This document shows, piece by piece, positions 1-8,380 of a stretch of DNA of 26,807 nucleotides. This DNA comes from a virus. Taxonomy: Duplodnaviria > Caudoviricetes. Positions within the stretch are counted from its first letter, which is position 1; every line of letters starts with the position of its first letter. The notes under the pieces were generated by a model, which had not been told where the DNA came from, did not search any database, and saw nothing but the letters and a program-made list of their open reading frames with translations. The position numbers and the translations under genes were made by a program. The stretch spans positions 1 to 26,807 of IMG/VR virus record IMGVR_UViG_3300012952_000107; one strand, given 5' to 3'.

Positions 1-2
1 AG

Positions 3-278
3 TTGGAAAACGAATATGGCATAAGGTATGAAAAAGTCGATGGTCGATATCAGAGAATTGCAGGACCAGCTTATCAAGAGATGGTCAAAGACCTTGAGGC
101 ACTTGGTCGTCAGGATGTGATTGATCGACTTCATGTTCTTTATTCAATTAGTATTTTTAAAATGAAAGAAATACACGATTTGGCTAAAGCTGGTGATATG
201 GAAGGTCTTGATAAAATGGTCGGTAGTGCAAAGAGACACGGCGATGCTGTTGTAAGAAGTGGCCCACTTGGAACATAA
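3..278 (+). CDS. Hypothetical protein, probably 5'-truncated by the window edge
   Basis: Open frame from the window start to TAA at 276-278, co-oriented with the rest of the module. No recognisable motif. Confidence 0.55.
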   Translation: MENEYGIRYEKVDGRYQRIAGPAYQEMVKDLEALGRQDVIDRLHVLYSISIFKMKEIHDLAKAGDMEGLDKMVGSAKRHGDAVVRSGPLGT

Positions 279-311
279 AAGGTTAATAATATATTTTAAG
301 GAACTATAAAA

Positions 312-686
312 ATGAAATTAACAAAAGAAGTATTAAAGAAAATGATCAAAGAGGCATTAGACGAAGCCTATCTTACGAAGCACTTTGGTTCGGATGAAGA
401 TAGGTCAGTCGATGCGATGCGTCGAGCAAGACCTATGGGTTACAAATCTGGTCCCAAAGGTCCCAGAGAGCCTTCTGTCGGCGGTGGAAATCCCGAAGTG
501 ACTATGCTTCAACGATGGCAATCCATGAAGAGTCTGTTGTCGATGGCACCGGGCATGGCAATTGGTATGGCAACACCAAGCTTTAAAAAAATGGAAGCAC
601 TCGCTGCTACCGAACCAGACATTGCTGATGCTTTAGCTAAGGGTCAAATATATGACAATGGCTTTGGCCGACAGCGCGAGGAATAA
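312..686 (+). CDS. Hypothetical protein, possibly an internal head or prohead-associated protein
   Basis: AAGGA SD-like site before the ATG. N-terminal MKLTKEVLKKMIKEALDE resembles the N-terminus of the 1322 ORF. Lies next to the prohead protease. Confidence 0.65.
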   Translation: MKLTKEVLKKMIKEALDEAYLTKHFGSDEDRSVDAMRRARPMGYKSGPKGPREPSVGGGNPEVTMLQRWQSMKSLLSMAPGMAIGMATPSFKKMEALAATEPDIADALAKGQIYDNGFGRQREE

Positions 687-687
687 G

Positions 688-1314
688 ATGGCAAAACGAC
701 TTTTAACAGAATTTTATGAACTGTGCAAAGATGGTATCTGCCAAGACCTTTTAACTGAAAGAGAGAAAAAGGAAGTTGCCAATGGTGCTCTTTATCTTTC
801 TGGCCGCATTCAAACCTGCGAGAAGAAAAACGGAAATGGAAGAATCTATCCTTGCAAGACCCTAAAGAGAGAAATACAAAACTACCAAAAGGTTATTAAA
901 GATAATCGAGGTCTTGGAGAGTTAGACCATCCAGATGATTCAGTTATTAATTTAAGAAACGTTTCTCATATGATCACCGAACTTTGGTGGGAAGGCAATG
1001 ATGTAATGGGTAAGATTAAAATTCTTGATACACCATCCGGTCGTGTCGTAAAGGATCTAATCAATGCTGGTGTTAAGCTTGGTATTTCATCAAGAGGTAT
1101 GGGTTCTGTTCAAGAACAAATGGGCAGCACAATCGTTCAAGAAGACTTTGAGTTGATTTGTTTTGATATTGTCTCTGAGCCGTCCACACCAGAAGCTTTT
1201 ATTTATCCAGAAAAAAACAAACCAAATGTTGCTGTATCCATGTACGAAACTAAAATAAACGAAAGTAAAAAAAGTATTATTGAAAATCTTTTTAATAAGA
1301 TATTAAATGACTGA
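688..1314 (+). CDS. Prohead core protease (T4 gp21-like)
   Basis: Family motifs NGNGRIYP, GELDHP, KIKILDTPSG, LGISSRGMGS and FDIVSEPSTPEA. Start moved from 652 to ATG 688 because GAGGA lies at 678-682 and this avoids overlapping the upstream ORF. Confidence 0.92.
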   Translation: MAKRLLTEFYELCKDGICQDLLTEREKKEVANGALYLSGRIQTCEKKNGNGRIYPCKTLKREIQNYQKVIKDNRGLGELDHPDDSVINLRNVSHMITELWWEGNDVMGKIKILDTPSGRVVKDLINAGVKLGISSRGMGSVQEQMGSTIVQEDFELICFDIVSEPSTPEAFIYPEKNKPNVAVSMYETKINESKKSIIENLFNKILND

Positions 1315-1321
1315 GGAAACA

Positions 1322-1732
1322 ATGAATAAAAGTGAATTAAAAAAAGTTTTGAAACCTTTGATTAAAGAGTGTATTAAAGAAGTTATTTTTGAAGATGGTA
1401 CATTATCTACCATCATATCTGAAGTAGCCTTGGGTCTTGGTTCACCCCCAAAGCCCAAGATAACAGAAAAAACAAAAAAAGATAATTCTAAAATACTTGA
1501 AGAAAAAAGGAAAAGAGATTTAGAAAGAAGAAGAAGATTATTAGATGCTACTGGTCGCGATGCATATAATGGTGTTAATCTATTTGAGGGAACCACACCG
1601 ATGGATCCACCTCGCTCCAACTCTTCGGCTCCTCACGGCGCACTTTCTGGGATTGACCCAAAAGACGCTGGGATTGATATTTCTTCATTAATGGGAAACA
1701 CTGATGTTTGGAAAAAGGTTATAGGAAAATAA
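1322..1732 (+). CDS. Hypothetical head-module protein
   Basis: GAGGA at 1313-1317 favours ATG 1322 over 1307. N-terminal LKKVLKPLIKECIKEVIFE amphipathic helix. Confidence 0.7.
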   Translation: MNKSELKKVLKPLIKECIKEVIFEDGTLSTIISEVALGLGSPPKPKITEKTKKDNSKILEEKRKRDLERRRRLLDATGRDAYNGVNLFEGTTPMDPPRSNSSAPHGALSGIDPKDAGIDISSLMGNTDVWKKVIGK

Positions 1733-1733
1733 A

Positions 1734-1949
1734 ATGGCATTAAATTTATCGATTAAACCGAGAAGAAACGAACCCATCGAAAGGGTTATAAAAAGATTTA
1801 ATAAAAAAGTAAAAAAGTTGGGCATCATTGACGAAATAAAAGACCGCCGTCGATATCTTAAACCTTCGGAAAAACGCCGAAGAGCTAGAAAAAGGTCGGA
1901 TGCCCGAAGAAGAAAAGAGGAAGCAAAACGTCAGAAGCGAACTATTTAG
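1734..1949 (+). CDS. rpsU: Phage-encoded 30S ribosomal protein bS21
   Basis: 71 aa, very basic. The pattern NEPIERVIKRFNKKV..GIIDEIKDRRRYLKPSEKRRR matches the bS21 signature (E.ie.alkrFk+k....g...e.r.r..y.KPS.kr+). Confidence 0.9.
   Translation: MALNLSIKPRRNEPIERVIKRFNKKVKKLGIIDEIKDRRRYLKPSEKRRRARKRSDARRRKEEAKRQKRTI
1941..1948 (+). promoter_or_regulatory. Putative late promoter motif ACTATTTA
   Basis: Recurrent motif; overlaps the rpsU stop and lies upstream of the 1980 ORF. Confidence 0.55.
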
Positions 1950-1979
1950 TTTTGTATTCAGTAATATAGGAGCGAATAA

Positions 1980-2342
1980 ATGTCAGTATATAAGGCCAGT
2001 AGTTGGGGAAGAACAAGAACTCCAAAAAATATTTTGTCTGATCATAGAGCAGGAACAAATGCGGACGGGGACGGACTAACAATCTCCGGCGCAGCCACCA
2101 GTGCTGCGTTCAATACACAAAATCAAAGATATTTAATTCTTCAGTTAACGGCATATAATACTTCTTTTAAAGTTCAAGGATATATGCACGCTAGTGGTGC
2201 ATGGGCAGATCTGAAAGGAAACCCAACACCGCCAACAATTAATCAAGCAGGTATTTGGGTTTTGGAAATATGGGGTCTTGACAAAGTTAGGTTTGTTACC
2301 GGTGGTGATTGTACTGTATTTGCAGCTTGTAGCACTTTTTAA
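1980..2342 (+). CDS. Hypothetical, probably virion-associated protein
   Basis: AGGAG SD and an upstream ACTATTTA motif. Beta-rich composition; first gene of the fibre cluster. Confidence 0.65.
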   Translation: MSVYKASSWGRTRTPKNILSDHRAGTNADGDGLTISGAATSAAFNTQNQRYLILQLTAYNTSFKVQGYMHASGAWADLKGNPTPPTINQAGIWVLEIWGLDKVRFVTGGDCTVFAACSTF

Positions 2343-2354
2343 TAGGATTTTATA

Positions 2355-2975
2355 ATGGGCAAATTTGGTTTCGTACATATGACAGGGCTCAATACGCCCG
2401 GACAAGGACCACATCAATCGCTTCAATTTGCTTCTGGCTCTGATCAGGCCGCACAAGCATTATCTGGAAGTCAGAACTTAACATATGATTATACTAATAA
2501 TAATTTGTTTTTAAGTGGAACCATGTATGTTAGTGGAACCCTAAAGGCAAATGTTTTTGATGCCATTATAACAACCAAGACAGAAATTGAAGCAAGTGGT
2601 AGCACAAGATTTGGTGACGATGCTACTGATACTCATGTATTCACAGGTAGTGTTTCTGTTGTATCCGGCGCAACAAGGCAGCATTATTTTAAATTAGGGG
2701 CAGGTAGTCACACGGTGGCTGCATACGATTGTATTATTGGTGTAAGTTCAAGTGCTTATACTTCAATCACTTTGCCAAACGCCGCCACCGCTGGTATCGG
2801 CAGAATTATTATTATTAAAGATGAAATGCAAGGCACAAGACCAAGCTCAAGACATATAGCAGTTTCTGCCTCTGGTGGGCAAACAATTGATCATTCTGCA
2901 ACATACAACCTCACTGGAGATTCTCCCGCACTAAGTATTTATAGTGACGGTATATCAAAATGGTTTATTTATTGA
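2355..2975 (+). CDS. Fibre/decoration-type virion protein with C-terminal TLP..KDE..TID..YSDG..W domain
   Basis: Ser/Gly/Thr-rich. C-terminal domain is shared with the 2993, 3904 and 6433 ORFs. Confidence 0.7.
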   Translation: MGKFGFVHMTGLNTPGQGPHQSLQFASGSDQAAQALSGSQNLTYDYTNNNLFLSGTMYVSGTLKANVFDAIITTKTEIEASGSTRFGDDATDTHVFTGSVSVVSGATRQHYFKLGAGSHTVAAYDCIIGVSSSAYTSITLPNAATAGIGRIIIIKDEMQGTRPSSRHIAVSASGGQTIDHSATYNLTGDSPALSIYSDGISKWFIY

Positions 2976-2992
2976 TATAGGGGGGAGTATGA

Positions 2993-3763
2993 ATGGGTTA
3001 CAATATATTATCCGGGACAGTATCCACAATTGATTTCTTTGGGTCTGGGTCTTTTACGGGTTCATTTGGTGGCGATGGCACCGATTTAATAAATGTAAAG
3101 CAGTTTGACCTATATGGGGTTCAAACTTCTGGTCGAGTGGTGCTTTTTAAAGAAGTCTCAGGTCAGACTGCTCTTCAAGCTGATACAAATTTATTTTATG
3201 ACACCACTGTTGATGCGCTAACTACTCCGGTTTTAACGGCATCTTCTGGTGTACATTTTTCGGGACTCTCGGCTGGAACAGCAACAACTTCTAGCTTTTT
3301 AGCTGTGGATTCAAACAATAATCTTGTTTTAACAAGTTCTTCTGGTAAAATATCAGCCTTAAATAATGCAGCAACAAATAGGCTTGTTACATTTGGCTCA
3401 ACTGTTTCTGAGCTTGACGGCGAGGCAAACCTTACTTTTGATGGCAATTATTTGTCCTTGCAAGGTGGACTCGTATTGAAACGGAGACAAATAGCTTCAA
3501 CCATCACAGCTTCAAATACAGATTATTTTATTGGTATTTCTGCATCTTCTAATATTGATATAGCATTGCCAGATGCATCTGATTTAACAAGTGGTCAAGT
3601 TTTTGTTTTCAAAGATGAAAACGGAACTGCCAATAGTCATGTCATTACAATAATAGCAAGCTCGTCACAAACTATTGACGGACAACCATCCATTAGACTT
3701 GAGAGTCCGTATGCTGCGGTTAACTTATATTCGGATGGGACAAATAAATATTTTATTTTTTAA
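2993..3763 (+). CDS. Fibre/decoration-type virion protein, paralogous to its neighbours
   Basis: GGGGAG SD. Shared C-terminal domain (IALPDA..KDENG..QTIDG..LESPYAAVNLYSDG). N-terminus and one internal segment are shared with the 8381 ORF. Confidence 0.7.
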   Translation: MGYNILSGTVSTIDFFGSGSFTGSFGGDGTDLINVKQFDLYGVQTSGRVVLFKEVSGQTALQADTNLFYDTTVDALTTPVLTASSGVHFSGLSAGTATTSSFLAVDSNNNLVLTSSSGKISALNNAATNRLVTFGSTVSELDGEANLTFDGNYLSLQGGLVLKRRQIASTITASNTDYFIGISASSNIDIALPDASDLTSGQVFVFKDENGTANSHVITIIASSSQTIDGQPSIRLESPYAAVNLYSDGTNKYFIF

Positions 3764-3827
3764 TGTTAATAAAATTAAACCTTTACGAATAATATTAAAG
3801 AATAATATGCCAATCGCATTGCTGCTC

Positions 3828-3871
3828 TCTATTTAGAAGCGTATGGGATAGGTGCGTTCGCGCCCTGTCTT
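3828..3871 (+). promoter_or_regulatory. TCTATTTA motif plus a 5'-leader UUCG hairpin
   Basis: Motif at 3828-3835; hairpin GGGATAGG-T-GCG-TTCG-CGC-CCTGTCTT at 3845-3871. Confidence 0.55.
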
Positions 3872-3903
3872 AAGTTTATATTTTTAAAAGGAGGAAAAAA
3901 TAT

Positions 3904-6336
3904 ATGGCTTACAAATTTCAATTGGGTGCATACACTGCATCCGGTTCTTTAACTCAAGAAGGTGCGATTGAATGCGATACCAGTTTAACAATTGGTTCTG
4001 CTGTTATGTCTGAAGCTGATCTTGAAAAACTTGACGGCATTACCAATGGTACTGCCGCTGCAAATAAAGCACTTGTTGTTGATGGTAGTAGAGATATTGC
4101 CAATGTTGGTAATGTTACTTCAACTGGCAACATCACTGCTGCTGGTTCTTTCATTATTGGTTCTGCTGATTTGAATGAAACAGATATGGAAAAACTTGAT
4201 GGCATTACTAATGGTACTGCTGCTGCGAGTAAAGCTGTTGTCTTAGATGCTTCTAAGAACATCGCTACTATTGGAACTATTGGTTGTGGTGCTATCACTT
4301 CAACTGGTGCTTCTTCTTTTGCTGGTGGTATTACACCGGCTGCTGCTAATGGTGCTGCCCTTGGTAGTGCTGCAAAGGAATGGGCTGACCTCTATCTTCA
4401 TGATGGCGGTATAGTTTATTACGGTGCTGATCAAGACGTTCGCTTGTCTCATGTTGCTGATTCTGGTCTTTTGTTAGAATCAACCAACGCTGGTAATGCT
4501 AACGCTGCTATGTTGAAGCTTCAATTGTCTTCTTCATCTCCAGCAGATAACGATGAGATTGGTAAATTGGTCTTTTCTGGATATGATGATAACGAATCAG
4601 CAGAGGTTTTCGCACAAATACTTGCTAAGTCTACTGACGTTTCTAACGGTTCAGAAGATGGATCTTTGGCACTTTCGACAATTGTTGCTGGTTCTCCAGT
4701 AGAATTCATTAATATTAACGGAACCGCCGCCTCAACTGTAACTTTTGTTGATGGTGCTTATGATGTTAATATTGCTTCTCATGATGGCTCTAATGGTCTT
4801 AAGCTTGGCGGAACTTTAGTTACTGCTACTGCTGCTGAATTGAATTATGTTGATGTTGCTTCTGCTGGTGTTGTCGAAGCTTCTAAAGCTTTGGTTGCTG
4901 ACTCTGATGGTTTGATTGAATTCCAAGATGGTACGATCAATGGTCTCTTTGGTCAGTCCGCTGATGCTAATGCTCTCGTTTTTGGTGCTGATAAAAACTT
5001 TGCAATCTATTATGATGAAGCACAATCTGATGGGCTTGTTATCGCTGGGTTGCAAAATTCTGAAGCATCAGTTCAGATTGTTGCTGATGAAGCTGATGAT
5101 GCTTCTGTTGCTCTTATTGCCGACCAAGGTGACGATGCTGGAGACGGCTGGAGAATGATCCACCAAGCAAGTGATAATACTTTGCAATTTGGTAACGATA
5201 TTGCTTCTCAAGGAACTTATGTTTCTCACTTTACAATTACACCAAACGCAACTGTTGGCAATTCAACTGCGGCATTCTTAGGCAATATGACTGTTGCTGG
5301 TGATTTAACCGTTAACGGTTCTACTACAACTGTTAATTCTACCACAATTAATGTTTCTAGTTCATTCACTTTTGAAGGTGCTGCCAACGCTCATGAAACT
5401 ACGCTTCATGCTGGTGGTGATGGAACTGGTGACGATCCAGTCGCTGATACCACATTGTATTTGCCTGCATTGTCTGCTGGTAACTATTATATTCCAGCGT
5501 TAGCTGACAAGGCAACTGCTGCTTCTGCTGCTGTTACTGCTGCTGAATTCGCCCTCCTTGATGGTGGTTCTACTGTTGGTACAACTGCTCTTGCTTCTGG
5601 TGATGGTTTCTTGCACAATGATAATGGAACAATGAAGCAAACATCAATCGATAAGATTGCTGACTTGTTTGCTGGTGGCGGTCTTGCTGCTTCTAGCGGT
5701 GTTTTATCTGTAAATATTGATGGTCTTAGTGCTCTTGGTGGTACTGGAATTCACCAGACTGATGACCACTTTATATTTTCTGATGGTGGTACTGAAAAGA
5801 AAATTACTTTCTCAAATCTCCAAGATGCAGTATTTGCTGATATCTCTGGTGATATTGCTGTTGCTGCTGGTGGTGCCGCTACCATTCAAGCAAACGCTGT
5901 TGAAGGTTCCATGCTTAACAACAACGTCGTTTCTGGTTTGACTGATATTGGTGCTGATATTGCTGCTACTGATGAGTTGATCATTAGCGATAATGGTACT
6001 ATTAGAAGAACTGACATGTCACGTCTTAAAACCTACATTGGTAGCGGCCAACAGTCTGTTACTTCTGGAAGCTATAGTGCTGGTATGACTCTTTCTGAAG
6101 GTATTAATTACTTTGGAACACACGGTGGTGCGATTACTGCTACTCTTCCAAGCAATTTGGAAGTTGGAGAAAGCGTAAAAATTAAAGTTGGTTCTGACTG
6201 TAGTGTAACTAATAAATTGACTGTTAGTGGGTATGCGGATCACACAATTGATGGCTCGTCCTCAATCGTTCTTGAATCTCCATATGCTGCTGTTGAATGT
6301 GTTTATGTTATTTCTGGTTCATGGAGAGTATTCTGA
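3904..6336 (+). CDS. Long fibre-like structural protein with internal repeats (810 aa)
   Basis: AAGGAGG SD. Ala/Gly/Asp/Thr-rich, with a 55-aa duplication (EKLDGITNGTAAA), three D.(F/L)..(S/N)D.GT repeats and the shared C-terminal domain. Followed by a terminator. Confidence 0.75.
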   Translation: MAYKFQLGAYTASGSLTQEGAIECDTSLTIGSAVMSEADLEKLDGITNGTAAANKALVVDGSRDIANVGNVTSTGNITAAGSFIIGSADLNETDMEKLDGITNGTAAASKAVVLDASKNIATIGTIGCGAITSTGASSFAGGITPAAANGAALGSAAKEWADLYLHDGGIVYYGADQDVRLSHVADSGLLLESTNAGNANAAMLKLQLSSSSPADNDEIGKLVFSGYDDNESAEVFAQILAKSTDVSNGSEDGSLALSTIVAGSPVEFININGTAASTVTFVDGAYDVNIASHDGSNGLKLGGTLVTATAAELNYVDVASAGVVEASKALVADSDGLIEFQDGTINGLFGQSADANALVFGADKNFAIYYDEAQSDGLVIAGLQNSEASVQIVADEADDASVALIADQGDDAGDGWRMIHQASDNTLQFGNDIASQGTYVSHFTITPNATVGNSTAAFLGNMTVAGDLTVNGSTTTVNSTTINVSSSFTFEGAANAHETTLHAGGDGTGDDPVADTTLYLPALSAGNYYIPALADKATAASAAVTAAEFALLDGGSTVGTTALASGDGFLHNDNGTMKQTSIDKIADLFAGGGLAASSGVLSVNIDGLSALGGTGIHQTDDHFIFSDGGTEKKITFSNLQDAVFADISGDIAVAAGGAATIQANAVEGSMLNNNVVSGLTDIGADIAATDELIISDNGTIRRTDMSRLKTYIGSGQQSVTSGSYSAGMTLSEGINYFGTHGGAITATLPSNLEVGESVKIKVGSDCSVTNKLTVSGYADHTIDGSSSIVLESPYAAVECVYVISGSWRVF
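3991..4266 (+). repeat. Intragenic tandem duplication with a 165-nt (55-aa) period
   Basis: IGSAVMSEADLEKLDGITNGTAAANKALVVDGSRDIA versus IGSADLNETDMEKLDGITNGTAAASKAVVLDASKNIA. DNA gaaaaacttga(c/t)ggcattac(c/t)aatggtactgc at 4024 and 4189. Confidence 0.85.
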
Positions 6337-6370
6337 TTTAAAATTAGATTATTATCTATCCTTATTTTGT

Positions 6371-6402
6371 GGCGGTTGTCTTCGGACAACCGCCCTTTTT
6401 TT
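6371..6402 (+). terminator. Intrinsic terminator with C(UUCG)G tetraloop
   Basis: GGCGGTTGTC-TTCG-GACAACCGCC, a perfect 10-bp stem followed by CTTTTTTT. Confidence 0.92.
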
Positions 6403-6410
6403 ATTTGAAA

Positions 6411-6418
6411 TCTATTTA
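6411..6418 (+). promoter_or_regulatory. Putative late promoter motif TCTATTTA
   Basis: Between the 6371 terminator and the 6433 ORF. Confidence 0.6.
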
Positions 6419-6432
6419 TTGCGAGGTATTTT

Positions 6433-7581
6433 ATGGCTTATAAATTTTCAAAAGGCTCTCGCGGCCTTGGAGATATTACATTTGAAGATGATGCTGACAC
6501 CGGCATTGATTTTGAAGCAGACACAATTAAACTTGAGACAGCGGGAAATGAAGTTCTTGTCGTCTCTGGTTCAAATGTCGGAATAGGAACCAACACACCC
6601 GACTACACACTTGATGTGGCTGGAAACATAGGGGTTAATCAATACATCTATCACAACGGTGATGGCAATACATGGATAAATTTTACTGATAATCGAATAA
6701 GATTTAATGCGGGTGGTAACAATTTCATAGATTGTGAAGATCCCGGCAGTTCTCCTCATAAAGTTAGAATCAATAATGGTGGTAATAATATTGACTTTGT
6801 TATCAAAGACAACAGTAATAATGTGTATTTCACGGCTGATGCATCTACTTCAAGGATAGGAATTGGAACCACCACTCCCGACGAATCACTACATGTGGCT
6901 GGGAATATCAAAGCATCAGGAGACGATGTTAGAATTAAAATTGATGGAGACACTGATAGTCATCCGGGCCTTGAACTTTATGAGAACGGCACAAGAAAAT
7001 GGATTATTTTCAATGACTATACCAATGATAATCTTACATTCAAGACCAATAGCAACACAAGAATGTCAATACAGCAAGCTGGGAATGTTGGAATCGGAAC
7101 CACCTCTCCTATCGCCGAATTAGATGTCGCAGGTAAAATAGCCATAACAGCCGAAGTTGCAACACCAAGTCAGCCCTCAAATGGCCAAGGATATCTTTAT
7201 ACTAAATCAGATGGAAAAATCTACTGGAGATCGTATGATGTTGCAGAAACAGATTTAACCCAAGCTGGCGGCGGCGATGGCGGCAGCGGAGACGCACTAG
7301 GAGCAACAGCGCAAAAAACAAGCAACTATACAGCTTCTAACTGGGATTTTGTTTTGGTTAACCTTGTTGGGGCTTCTGGCGATGTAACAATTACATTACC
7401 CGCTGCTTCGTCCGATGCTCAAGTTGCTGTAAAGATCGCTGGTGTTGCGAATGGAAAGACAGTTACCGTTGACGGAAATTCATCTGAAACCATTGACGGA
7501 GCAGCAACAAAAATAATGGATTCAGATTATGAAAGTATGCATCTTATTTCAGATGGAAGCAATTGGTGGAGGATAAGTTAA
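6433..7581 (+). CDS. Fibre protein with three GIGTxxP repeats
   Basis: VGIGTNTPDYTLDVAG, IGIGTTTPDESLHVAG and VGIGTTSPIAELDVAG, typical of phage fibre shafts. Shared C-terminal ITLPAA..TIDG..ISDGSNW domain. GAGG SD. Confidence 0.78.
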   Translation: MAYKFSKGSRGLGDITFEDDADTGIDFEADTIKLETAGNEVLVVSGSNVGIGTNTPDYTLDVAGNIGVNQYIYHNGDGNTWINFTDNRIRFNAGGNNFIDCEDPGSSPHKVRINNGGNNIDFVIKDNSNNVYFTADASTSRIGIGTTTPDESLHVAGNIKASGDDVRIKIDGDTDSHPGLELYENGTRKWIIFNDYTNDNLTFKTNSNTRMSIQQAGNVGIGTTSPIAELDVAGKIAITAEVATPSQPSNGQGYLYTKSDGKIYWRSYDVAETDLTQAGGGDGGSGDALGATAQKTSNYTASNWDFVLVNLVGASGDVTITLPAASSDAQVAVKIAGVANGKTVTVDGNSSETIDGAATKIMDSDYESMHLISDGSNWWRIS

Positions 7582-8345
7582 TGCCAGTAATGAAAGAAAA
7601 TTATTTAAGAAGTGCTCATGATACAACATTTAGTCCAACAGGGCTTTGGAATTTTGTAACCAATGCTGTAACAACAGATTCATCAGGAAATAGCATGACT
7701 CTGACAGAAGCGGAACTTGATAGTGGCGATCCCACAGATGACGCAGATTTTATTTACGGACAAGCGGAGGGACTATCTCACTTTCAAGTTTACAGAAATA
7801 ACAGTTCTGATTTTAATTATACTGGTGCGATGAGCTTTTGCACCCTTGTTAACACAACAGGCTGGCTCCCGGATAGTGAGAATGGATTTTGCCAATTGTG
7901 TATTCATCGAGGTGGGGCCAATGGTAACGTGTTTTCGGATGCTACGATTGATCAGCGGTTTTCATTACAAATTACAAACACCGGACATATAAGATATTTA
8001 CATCAATCTGGTGGCAGCGGCGGAAGTCTTACAAACCATATAGCAGTTGCGGATAGAAGAATAAGAAAGCACTACGAATGGAATCATATTGGATTTACCA
8101 GAGATTCAAATGGAACTGCGATTAAACTTTATTTCAATGGTGTTCAAATTCACAGTTCAACCATGGCATCGGCCCCCGGTTCAAATGGAAACTCTTTTTT
8201 TGCAATGGGCGAACTTTATAATTATAGAAGAACGTTAACCAATACCGTTGCTCAAACGTCTGCTGTAATTTTTAATCAAGAACTCTCAGCAAATCAAATC
8301 AAGTATCTTGCGAGAAAAACTCTTGGATATCACAGAGTACAATAA
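7581..8345 (+). CDS. LamG / concanavalin A-like lectin-fold protein, putative carbohydrate or receptor binding
   Basis: Motifs GLWNF...DSSGN, EWNHIGFTRD...IKLYFNG and IFNQELSANQI. ATG 7581 overlaps the upstream TAA (TAATG) and GGAGG lies at 7568-7572. Confidence 0.72.
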   Translation: MPVMKENYLRSAHDTTFSPTGLWNFVTNAVTTDSSGNSMTLTEAELDSGDPTDDADFIYGQAEGLSHFQVYRNNSSDFNYTGAMSFCTLVNTTGWLPDSENGFCQLCIHRGGANGNVFSDATIDQRFSLQITNTGHIRYLHQSGGSGGSLTNHIAVADRRIRKHYEWNHIGFTRDSNGTAIKLYFNGVQIHSSTMASAPGSNGNSFFAMGELYNYRRTLTNTVAQTSAVIFNQELSANQIKYLARKTLGYHRVQ

Positions 8346-8350
8346 AATAA

Positions 8351-8358
8351 ACTATTTA
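8351..8358 (+). promoter_or_regulatory. Putative late promoter motif ACTATTTA
   Basis: Intergenic, upstream of the 8381 ORF. Confidence 0.6.
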
Positions 8359-8380
8359 TATATAAATTGGAGACTTATAA

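Noticed and set aside
652-687. Longer protease start at 652, and similarly 1307 and 7563 for their ORFs
   Set aside because: The downstream ATGs (688, 1322, 7581) have well-spaced SD sites and avoid long overlaps.
8351-8368. Canonical T4 late promoter TATAAATA
   Set aside because: The exact match I found is on the - strand (8353-8360), pointing away from the downstream gene. The + strand has only near matches (TATAAATT, CATAAATA), which recur less consistently than WCTAWTTA.
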